Assembly: GCA_043228905.1 (NCBI GenBank)
Contig: JBHGNT010000007.1
Span: 2,542,001-2,606,000, forward strand
Direction: 5' to 3'
Source: Azolla caroliniana
Lineage: Eukaryota; Plantae; Polypodiophyta
Length of the DNA stretch: 64,000 nucleotides
The translations under genes and the position numbers were made by a program. This document shows, in pieces, positions 23,836-35,800 of this stretch (the stretch's first letter is position 1; every line of letters begins with the position of its first letter). Under the pieces are notes generated by a model, which saw only the letters and a list, made by a program, of their open reading frames with translations, searched no databases and had not been told where the DNA came from.

Positions 23836-26800
23836 CCTATGCTAGAAATCTTTCGAAGACAAACGTTAGAATATATCTAAATTGAGAATCTCACATGTGC
23901 AAAACCAGATTCCCTCGTCTGTTTTTATTTTATTTACTTTTATATTTACTGAGGAATACTTATTCTATTTTGATTTGTTGTTCTCAAAGACGAGACAACA
24001 CGTAAGATGTAATCTCTTGTTTGGTCTTATAGGTCATTTTGGCCTCTTAAAAGATGTTAATATATCTCCACTCCTCCACAACATTAACTCATTATGTACC
24101 TAGGAATATTTTCTCTCCTCTAATAAATGCATGGGTTACAAAAACCACACTCATTTTTGTATGCGAAGGCTTTGAGCCTCACAAAGAAAGATAGTTTTTG
24201 TTTTAGCTTATTGTTAAGCAGTTGCAAGCCTCGTTGGCATCTTACAACTGTGCCGAACAGTTTTCTCACACTGTACGACAACTCCTAAAAGAATATGTTG
24301 TACACTGAATGGGATCCTTGGACATGATTTCCCACTCAACATTCAGAGGTATTCATGAGACCATCCACAAGTTGAGTGGAGCGATGACTTGGGTGGCCCA
24401 TTAACATTTAAGGGTCTTCTTCAAAGAGCATATTGTATGTATCTTGAAGGGCAGATACATATGTATATGTGTGTGTTTTCACTCCAATCTTGAACACACA
24501 TTAATTCGACGTGCTTTTGTTTTGTAAAAGATCTTTTTCTTTCTTTAATGTCTTCCGTGTTAAACCCCATAATTGTCTTTGGGTTTGTTTAGTAGCCAAA
24601 GGGTACAAAGAAATGAAGGGAATTGATTTTCAGGAGGTTTTTGCTCCAGTAGTCAAAATGACTACACTTGGGGAACTTTTCACTATTTCAGCCTTTTTGG
24701 ATTTGGATTTATATCAAACGGATGTAAAGATGGCTTTCCTTCATGAAAGCCTAAACAAGGAGCTTTATTCGTTGTAGCCTGAAGGGTTCACCATTCCAAA
24801 AAAGAGCATTTAGTTTGTAAGCTTCGATGCAGCCTCTATGGGCTGAAACAAGCCCCATACCTATGGTATAAGAAAATAAACTCTTTCATGCTCTCATATG
24901 GCTTCACTCGAAATAAGGCAGATCCTTGTTTCTATATGAAAAAGGAAAATCGTGGCAATCCTATTATTTTGGTTTTGTACGTTGATGACATGCTCATTGG
25001 AAGAAAGCATAAAACAACTTTGAAGGAATTAAAATTGAAACTCAATTCTTCATTTTCCATGAAAGATCTCATTAAAGCTGAAAACATTCTTGGGACAAGA
25101 ATTGGACGGGACAAACAAAAGAAGCTACTATTTTTGTCTCAAGAAAGTACATTAAGAAGGTATTTGACAGATTTCAGATGATGGATGAAAAGCCATGCTC
25201 AATGCCTCTCCAATCACAAGTAAAGATTTCAACATCACATTGCCTTAAAGACAAAGAGGAAACAGAAAAAATGTGGGCTATTCCATATGCTTCAGCTTGT
25301 GGGTCATTAATGTACGAAATGGTATCAACACGACCTGATATTACATATGTAGGGGGAGTGATAAGCAGATTTATGAGTCAAGCTAGATAAAAACATTGGG
25401 CTGCAGTCAAGTCTATCCTTAGATATATCTTAAAAGGACTAAGGAAAAATGCATTTGTTATGGCAAGGGGACTTGAATCTTCCTGGCTATTGTGAATCTG
25501 ATATGGCTAAAGATGTAGACACAAGAAAATTAACTTACGGTTACATCTATAGCTATTCTGTGGTGTTCACGGCTGCAATAGATTGTTGCACTCTGTACTA
25601 CAGATGCTGAGTATATCTCAGCTGCAAAGGTTTCTAAGGAAGCCATTTCATTAGCTCTCTTGTGTTGAGGCCAGCGTCCAAAGCAAAATTATCGTCCTAC
25701 ATTTTGATAAACAAAGTGCCATATGTTTGGCAAAGAATCCCGTTTACCATGCAAGGACATATTGTTATTCACTAACTTCATGAGAGAGGTGATAGACGAT
25801 GGTGTAATCCAAGTAGTAGAGATAGACACCACCGAGAATTTGGCAGATTGTTGAACAAAATGTTTATAAAAAACACTTCACCAGCACTGACTTGAGCAAA
25901 TGGGAGTTATCTAGTAGAGTAACTTAGTTCGTTTACGTGGAAAGTTGTTGAGATTAAAGGCCCTTACATTGCTCCTATTAAACTAGAAAAAAGTTTGTTT
26001 TGCATACATTTACTATATTCTGATTTTTGTTAGGATTGTACAGTCTCGTTTTCAAAACTGTACAACTTCTAAAAGAATATTTTGTAAACTTCTCTACACT
26101 GATGAAGTGCCATGGGGCTGTAAGACAATCTGCTGGTTTCTGACTCATTAATATTTACTAGCTGGATCAAACCATCCTGAATCACCTCATGAATGAATCC
26201 ACACCAGATATCAATGTGCTTTGGCTGTGGATGAAACATAGAGTTTCTGCCAATCATATGGGCACTTGACTCTCATAGTGTAAGATAGGAACTTGTGGAA
26301 ATCCGAGATCTGTACCTAAACCCCACATGGGATGCCTTTGTGGCGAGATGTACTCAGTTTCCATGGTAGAAACTACAATTATCCATTGAAGTTGAGAGCT
26401 CCACACAATACCTCCTCATCAAGAGTGAATATGTCTCCACTAGTAGACTTATAAGGATCTATAACCTCAACCATGTCAAAATCACAGTTATTGCGGAGAT
26501 TCAGATTACCTATATAGTGAAGATACTTGATTGACGGTTTGATTACAGGCCAATGCATCCATCCAAGTCGAGACAAGAATTTTCTTATTAGTCCTACTGT
26601 GTCTGCGATATTTGGATGTGTTTTTACCATAGTATACATAAAAAATCCACACGCTGGAGCTCTTTTGATACCACATCATAATGAGTTAATGTTGGCAGAG
26701 TGGAGAGAAAAGAACAATGCATTACATGTTGTGAGTCCTCAAACTAAATCCCTAGTCATTTCAAGAGATGTTCTTTTTTTAGAGTCACAATTTACCAACT

Positions 26801-29800
26801 TTAGAATTATTCCAGAATTTGTCGTGAAGGTTCCAACTTCAGCTGTCTCACCTTTGTCCTCAGCTTCTATTTCAACTATGGAAAGCTTATCCTCTAAGCC
26901 AACTTCCCCTATTCAACCCTCACCTCCTACTACTCAAGAACCTATCCCTCCACATCAACTTCTACAATGGGTATGACAAACACTTCATGATTCCCATCTT
27001 TCTGATGTTGATATTCATCAACATGCAGCCACCTCATCTACACCACTACCAAGAGCTCATAAAACCCAACAGCCCCACAATACAAGCAACTTTGCCTTAC
27101 TATGTAATGTCCTACAAACATATGAGCCTACAAGAGCAAAAGTTCTGCTGACAGCAATCTCTATGTCCCTTTTCAAGATGTCTTGATGTGTCTAGTTATT
27201 CTATATGTACATGACTTACTAATTAAAAGTTCTGTTGAAGCTAAGATAGAGCAGCTTCGCAATGTGTTAAAACCAAAATTTGAAATGACAGACTTAGGGC
27301 TTCTCCATTACTTCTTGGGGATGGGAGTCTATCAATTGTTTGGTCCTTCCGTGGTAAACAGCGTTCTTTGCCAAACATATGGCACTTTGGTTATCACAAT
27401 GTAGGACTGGAAATTGCTTTGGGAGTCCACACTCACTACACAAGTTAGTAAACCAAATGGCCTCCTTTGAAGCCTCTGTAGCTGAGATATACTCAGCTTT
27501 TGTTGTAGAGTGCAACAATTTGTTGCAACCTTGAACACCATGAAATAGATCTGCTTGCAAGAGTATAGATGTCGCCATAAATAGATTTCTTGTGTCTACA
27601 TCACCAGCCATATCAGAATCACAATAGTCATGACGATTCAAGTCCCCTTTGCCATAACAAATGTTTTTTTCCTTAGTGCCTTTGAGATATCCAAGGATAG
27701 ACATGACTACAGCCCAATGGCTTCGTCCAGGCTAAATCATAAATCTACTTACTACTCCTATTGTATATGCAACACTAGGTCGTGTTGCTACTATTGCATG
27801 CCCTGCATTTTTTTGTTTCCTCTTTGTCTTTGGGATATTGTGCTTTTGAAAGCCTTTCTTGTGATTGAAGACGCACTAAAGATGTCTTTGCATTAGTCAT
27901 CTAAAATTTTTCCAATACCTTCTCAATGTACTTCTCTTAGGACACAAATAGTAACTTCTTTTGCTTGTCACATCTTATTCTTATCCCAATAATGTGCAAA
28001 TCTTTCATAGAAAATGCAGTCTGCAATTTAATTCCTACAAACTTGTGTCATGCTTCCTTGCAATGAGCGTGTCATCAACATACAAAACCAAAATAATAGG
28101 ACTGTCATTAGTTTCCTTTTTTCATATAGAGACAAGGATTTGTGGTATTTCAATTGAAGCCATTTGAAAGCATGAAATAATCAAATTTCTTATACCAAAG
28201 GCGTGGGCCTTGTTTCAGCCCATAGAGGTTGCATCGAAGTTTACAAACTAAATGCACTTTTCTTGGATTTGGGAACCCTTCAGGCTGCAACATATAAAGT
28301 TCCTCATCTAGGCTACAATGAAGGAAAGCTGTCTTTACATCCATTTGATATAATTCCAAATCCAAAAGGGCTGAAATAGCAAAAAGTGTCCAGAGTGTAG
28401 TCGTTTTGACTATTGGAGCAAAAACCTCCTAAAAATCAATTCCTTGTATTTGTTTGTACCTTTTGGTTATTAAACTAGCCTTATTTTGGATTTGCCTTCT
28501 AGAGTCTTTACCTTGTAGACCCACTTGTTGGGTGTAGCCTTTTTACCTTTGGGCATCTCTACAAGCTCCCACATGTCCTCGTGGCGTGCTTTGATCTCCT
28601 CTTGCATACCGAGCTCAGAATTGTTAGAATGCTCGAATGTCCTAGAGTCTTTAAAAGTGAGAGGCTCCCTGTTACAGCTAGAACCTAATGTAAGCATGAG
28701 ATAAGGAAATATATTATTAGAAAATGGAGAGGAGAGAGTGAAAGAAGGGTGTCGATCCACCCAACCACCCCCCAGCGAAGGGATTGAGACGGACTCAAGC
28801 CTCGATCGGTGTCCCATACCACCGATGTGTCGTCAAGTTGTACTTGGTACTAGCGCGCTCGCTACAAGAGTTTGATTACCACGAGTTCAGAGTCTTAATG
28901 TAGTCAAGAGATGTCAAATGAGGGTAGCTAGGCAATATTTATAACCAGACCTAAGGCCCCCAAGCAAGTTCACACTTGACCTTAATGCGTTGTCTCAATC
29001 CCAAAGATTAAAAGTAATCCTTCCCTTCTTTGCACTCTCGTTTAACCCTCACACTTTATCCACGTGTATAGAATACTATGGTATAATCTTAACACGGGAT
29101 ATTATATGGGCATGCCTGTAACACTCCCCTTCATCTATTAAACGAATTTGATGAAGAGATAGGTTATACCTTTGGGTTGGACGCCTCAACTATGTTGATT
29201 TCCTAACCCAAGGATCTACATTATCTGGAATTGGTTCCAAATCTAATGGAATATCTTATTGTTGTAGTTCACCAATTATTTCTTCATTTGTTGGTGGCTA
29301 TCCATCTTCTAGCAATAGAACTACATTGTAGATCTCTACTTGTTCATCATCACCCTCAGATGTTATTCTTAAGTCAATGGTTGGTTGTTGCTAAAATTTC
29401 ATTCTTTTTGTTGATTCTAATGAGGTACAATTGTTTTTGAGCAACTTTGCTTCATTGAATACAACATCACGACTTCTTATTACCTTTCAGAGATGAGGTA
29501 ACCAAATTCTGTAACCCATCTCACCTTCTGCATCGTATCCTAAAAAGATGCCTTTGATGGATTTTGCATCCAGCTTGTTTCTTACCTCTTGTCTAACGTG
29601 CACAAAAACTGCACAGACAATCATGTGTCCTGTCTTATGTATCTTTCTTATTCTTCTTCTTTCTTTCAAGCTCTTGTTTATAAAATCTACAATCAGGTTT
29701 TTTATGCCCTTTACAGCCACACTGAAAGCAAGTGATTTCTTTCCCCTTGCTTTTGCTTCTAGACCTTTGCATTCACACATTCTTTGTTGTGATTCTTCCT

Positions 29801-32800
29801 CTTGTTTTGTTGGCAGAACTAGAAGACTCCCCACTTGCTTGGCCACATGAACCAGAAAAGCCTTGATAAACTATGTAATTTGGACAAGTTTGATGCTAAA
29901 GGCTCAAAACTTGATTTTTGTAATGAATGCCAAAATGGTAAGCAAGTAAAGAATTCCTACTACTCTAGTGTCTCTCGTAAGCCTAATCTTCTTGATCTAG
30001 TCCATTCTTATGTTTGCAGCATGCCCACCAAATCAATGGTGGGTGCTCTTTATTTGATTTCTTTTGTTGATGACACACTTGGGTATATCCTTTGAAGGAG
30101 AAATCCAATGTCTTTTCATGCTTCAAAGAATTCTTACACCTTGTTGAAAATCTTGGCGGTCACAAACTCATTACTCTTCGCACCGATAGAGGGAGTGAGT
30201 ACATGTCTCAAGAGTTCAATACTTTCTTGAAGGACAGAGGTATTATCCATCAACGCACCATTCCATACACACCACAACAAACTGGTTTGGCTGAGGGAAA
30301 GAATAGATCTCTCATGGAGATGGCAAGATGAATGCTCAAGGTAAGAAGCTATCTCATAAGTTTTGGTTGGAAGTTGTAATGTGTGCAAACTATGTTTTGA
30401 ATAGATGCCCCACAAAAGCAATAACAACAATCACTCCATATGAGGCTTGGACTGGTCACAAGCCAAATGTTGGACACATGAGAATATTTGGAAGCTTGGC
30501 TTATGCATTTGTGCCACCACAACAGCGCCATAAACTTCAAGACAAAGCAACAAAATGCATCTTTGTTGGCTACAGCAAAGAAAGCAAAGGTTATGGGTTG
30601 TTTCAGCCCACTACTGGTAAGATCATCATCAACCGGGATGTGATATTTGCTGAAAATGCAACTCAACCACTTGTGGATTGCTCCAAAGAGCCAGTTCTTG
30701 ATCAAGCAGATGCATTTGATACTTTGTTACCATTGCTCCAAAATGTTCTGTTTGAAGGTGATCGACTAACCCCACCTCATGGAGGTAATGTGCAGGTTTT
30801 GCATCAGCAACAACATGCTCCAAACAGAGATGTAGAGCAACCAAGCAATGCTCAAATTGATCTCTTGCAACAACCCAATGTGGTTGACAATGAGCAACCA
30901 AACATTGTTGATAATAATGCTGATTTACAGGTCATTAACCCAAATGATCTTGACATGCAATTGGAGGAAGAACAAGTCTCTTCTCAGAAAGCAAGAACAG
31001 TTCCTAAATGGCTGATTAAGACCCTTATGGACAGCAAACTCAAGTTTCCTCTTCCGGGAAAAACCCGGTCAACTAATCAACAAGTTGAACTGCATTATGT
31101 GCATCATGCTCTTATGACTGAAATTTGTGATGAGGAACCACTCTCTCTTAAGGATGCATAAGCACATGACCACTGGGTTGAAGCCATGAAATCAGAACTT
31201 GGATCCATCTACAAGAACAACACTTGGGAGTTATGTGATCTACCTAAAGGTAGAAAAGCAATTGCCACCAAGTGGATTTACAAAGTCAAGAGTAATCGAG
31301 ATGGAAGCATTGATCGTTTTAAAGCAAGACTTGTGGTAAAAGGCTGTTCCCAAAAAGAGGGGATAGACTATGAAGAAAACTTCGCCCCCACTTCAAAGAT
31401 GACTACAATCAGAGCTACAGTTGCTGCAGCAGCAATTAAGGGATGGAAGGTTCACCAATTAGACATTAAAACCGCCTTCTTAAATGGAGATTTAGACGAA
31501 GAGATTTATATAGCTCAACCTCCAGGTTTTGTCATTAAAGGTGCAGAAACTAAGTTTGCAGGTTACTTAAAGCTTTATACGGCTTGAAGCAAGCACCTCG
31601 AGCGTGGAATACAAAGATCCATGCTCATCTTCTTCAACTCAGTTTTGTAAATAGCCCAACTGAAAGCACTCTTTATGCCCGAAAGGATGGAGAAAAATTT
31701 CTAATTGTTGTGCTTTATGTTGATGATTTGCTAATCACAAGACTTTATGAGCTCAACCTCCAGGTTTTGTCATTAAAGGTGCAAAAACTAAAGTTTGCAA
31801 GCTACTTAAAGCTTCGTATGGCTTGAAGCAAGCACCTCGAGCGTGGAATGCAAAGATCCATGTTCATCTTCTTCAACTCAGTTTTGTAAACAGCCCAACT
31901 GAAAGCACTCTCTATGCCCGAAAGGATGGAGAAAATTTTCTAATTGTTGTGCTTTATGTTGATGATTTGCTAATCACAAGACTTTATGAGCTCAACCTCC
32001 AGGTTTTGTCCTTAAAGGTGCAAAAACTAAAGTTTGCAAGCTACTTAAAGCTTCGTATGGCTTGAAGCAAGCACCTCGAGCGTGGAATGCAAAGATCCAT
32101 GTTCATCTTCTTCAACTCAGTTTTGTAAACAGCCCAACTGAAATCACTCTCTATGCCCGAAAGGATGGAGAAAAATTTCTAATTGTTGTGCTTTATGTTG
32201 ATGATTTGCTAATCACAAGACTTTATGAGCTCAACCTCCAGGTTTTGTCCTTAAAGGTGCAAAAACTAAAGTTTGCAAGCTACTTAAAGCTTCGTATGGC
32301 TTGAAGCAAGCACCTCGAGCGTGGAATGCAAAGATCCATGTTCATCTTCTTCAACTCAGTTTTGTAAACAGCCCAACTGAAAGCACTCTCTATGCCCGAA
32401 AGGATGGAGAAAATTTTCTAATTGTTGTGCTTTATGTTGATGATTTGCTAATCACAAGACCTGATGAGCAAGAAATTGCAGACTTCAAAGCTGATCTTAG
32501 TTAGACATTTGAACTTACATATCTTGGTCATCTCCATTACTACCTTAGCATTCAATTTATTACTGTTGAGGGGGTCACTTTTCTCAGTCAACGAAAGTCC
32601 TGGAACAAAGCATTGGCAAGCAGCCAAGCAAGTTTCCGTTACCTCAAAGGCACTATGGATTTCAGCCTCTTCTATGGAGAATGAAATTCATCTACTTTAA
32701 CAGCCTTCACTGATAGTGATTGGGCTGGCTGCTACGACACTCATGTCTCACATAGTGGCAATTATCTCATGATTGGCAATTCTTGTGTTTCCTAGCTCAG

Positions 32801-35800
32801 CAAGAAGCAGCCAACAATGGCAACATCAAGTTGTGATGCTGAATATAGAGCAGCATTCAGCGCTACAGTAGAGTGTGTTTGGCTCATGAGATTATTGTTC
32901 CGATTTGTCACTTGGGCAACCATCTCCTACTTGTATATTTACAGATAGTCAAAGTGCTTTGGCTATTGCAAGAAATCCCATCTTCCATGCATGAAAAAAA
33001 CACATTGAGGTGCACTATCATTATGTGAGGGAGCCATGCTAAAGAGATAAACTTGGTCTATGTACCAACTCATGAAAATGTTGCAGACATTTTCACCAAG
33101 GCTCTATCAATAGAAAAGTTTCAATATTTTCGCAAGGAATTGAGCATTCTTCCAACACCTGGATAATGACCACATTCAAGTCCACATCATTCACTTCAGG
33201 GGGGTTTGTTACACTTAATGTGTATCCTATGAAAGCTTTGGTGTGAACATAGTTATAATAGTGTGAACCTAGTTAAGTAATTGTTGGGTGTGAACATACT
33301 TAGAATAGTATGAACCTGGTTATGTAGTTGTTACGTGTGAATATAGTTATAATAGTGTGAACCTAATAAAGTGACCGTTGGGTTTCCACCTACCTGTAGA
33401 TATTGGTTATATAAACCATTCTACATCTTTGTAATAAGTGCTCGTTTTTTCTAATCTACTGATATTTCCTTAAGTCTCCTAAGTGATCTCACTATGTGAG
33501 AGTTAGTCTAAGATCCCTGCATTTTCTACAAAATCTCCCTTTGAGAGCTTTCTAGATACATATTTACTATATTTTTTGGCCCCAATTTTAGGGGGTTATA
33601 GGCATTTACATTATCTTTATAACTTTTGGTCATTGGTCATGTGTGAACATGCCCAAATGACCTAAAGGTTACTTATCAATAAGAATTTGTTCCAAACCTC
33701 TCATAGTGAAAGAGGGACTTTAGTGGCTAGGGTTTCCTCTCCATTTTCTGCAGTTTTCTCTACTTTCTCTACTTTTTCTCTCTTCACACAGCAGCCCACT
33801 CCTTTAGTGTTTTGGATCTAACCACGCCACCATCATCATCTCTCGTTTAGAGCATGAGAGGATTCAACCATTTAAAGCACAAATACCTAATGTGACATGT
33901 GGAGGAACACCTCTTAGGCCTACTAATAAAGACAGGATGAAGAATAACTGCAAAAGTTGCCTACGACCAAGGTCACTCACACACTCGAAAGACCACTCAC
34001 CATTTAAGGCTAGAGAGTAATGCTCAAGCCTCCACCTCCACTATTCATTTCTCTATTCAATGGGCATTTAATGCAATATTCGAAGGTATACATATATATC
34101 AGACTATACCTTTTATGAACGATGGTTACTATCTACTACTTTATTACCACTTGTTAGTGGTTGCTTGTTTCTTGACTGCAATTATACGCTGAAGAATTTC
34201 TAATGGAATGAGGTTTGGACCTCTGTTATACTTGTCTCATGAGAGTGAGTGTTCATAAAGGCATCTGGGTAGCTCTATTGTATCTATGTCCAATAAGTAA
34301 CAAACGGAGATACATGTTAGCACCATAGCAATCAGCTTATTGAGACTTGAACCATAACCACAATTGATTAACAACCTATTCTTGACAATTTTGACAAATC
34401 TGTAACAATCTAATGATACTAGGGTTCAATTGGTAGAAACAAGTGGTTTGAAACATGTTGCAATGGTTCAAAGCTTATGTTCAACCAGCATTCGACTCTT
34501 CACTATTCAACCACTTTGGTGTTAATGTATACTTCCCTCTCTCACTTATAAGATATAAACACAATGGAACTCCTTTGCGTGGGATGCCTCAATGAATGCT
34601 CACTTGACAAGACATCTATAGTAAAAAGTCAAAACCTTATTCAATTAAAAACTCTTACATCGCAATCTCACCTTAGCAAAATGCAACAAGTAGAAAGTAG
34701 TAGTTAGTAAGTACTACTCTCTCATTAAAGGAGTGGCCATAAATACACATGGTCCCAAGAGTGCATTAAAGTCTTTTGAATAAAGAAACAAATAGTGGAG
34801 GTGAAAGCTAGAGAATTATTCTATGGTCTTAAATGATGAGCGGTCTTACTAGTATGAGACCTTAGGAATAGGTGAACGTAACAAAAGGAAATGTATATTC
34901 TTTAAGTCTTTACTAATTGATCTAGGGGTCGATTCCTTCCACACATGCACACTTCTGCTACATTGGGTGTGTTTCAAGGTTCCTAGGGATCGTTTCTTCC
35001 ACACTTGCACTCCATGCAAAAAATTTGCCACACTCAAGCAGTTCCCAAAATTCACTTGCCCTTGATTAGAAGAAAATACTCTGATTCTTCCACGATGTAT
35101 CTTTTTCAAAGAAGTGATCTCCGAAACGCATGTCTGAGCAGCCTTCTGTTCCGTGCAAAACATTGATATAATATTTAAGGGCTAATTTCTGATGGTTTTA
35201 AGGATATACAACGAATTGAGGCAACTCATATCAAGTCATCACCCACTCCTAGTGGATGCTCTATTCTTGTGACCTCTAGCTTGCAATGATATTTTTTTAA
35301 GAAATTTGTTTCTAGTTATGAGGCTAGTAAACAATTTCTCACCTTCTTTAAAATTGATTCAAGCAATATAAACACTACTACGAGAAAAGATGGAAAAAAA
35401 CTTGATAATTGAGTGCCTCACCAGAACGATTGATAATGTGTGCCTCACAATATAGGAAAACAATATGATATTCCTGGGAAATCAGGTTCTGTTTGACAAA
35501 ATAGTGAATAAATTCCGACTCTATGAAAAAGGCTTCCGGCTAGTGAACAACCTGTGGTCTTTGGTTAAAAAAGGAATTTCTAAAAAATATGATTCTGTAT
35601 TTCCTAACCAAGTTTTTAAATATATATATCTACAGCCTCTGTATAGAGTTAACAATTTCTCACCTTTCCTGAACTTGCCTAGAAAGAACGTGCAAGGCTG
35701 AACAAATTTCTCATCTTTCCTGATTTTGCTCACAAGGAATGTTCTAATTCCTAAGGAATCTGCGAAGATTCTTGAGAAATCTACAGTTTCTCTGATACTT

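Larger units (their letters stand above)
18612..23836 (+). mobile_element. full-length two-ORF LINE with (CTTT)n tail
   Basis: (CT)n and TAGGGTTT 5' UTR, ORF1, ORF2 with AP endonuclease, RT and C-terminal CxxC..H...C, (CTTT)n at 23797-23835. Confidence 0.92.

Noticed and set aside
31512-32469. CRISPR-like array
   Set aside because: Contiguous tandem copies of RT sequence with no unique spacers, in a eukaryotic context.
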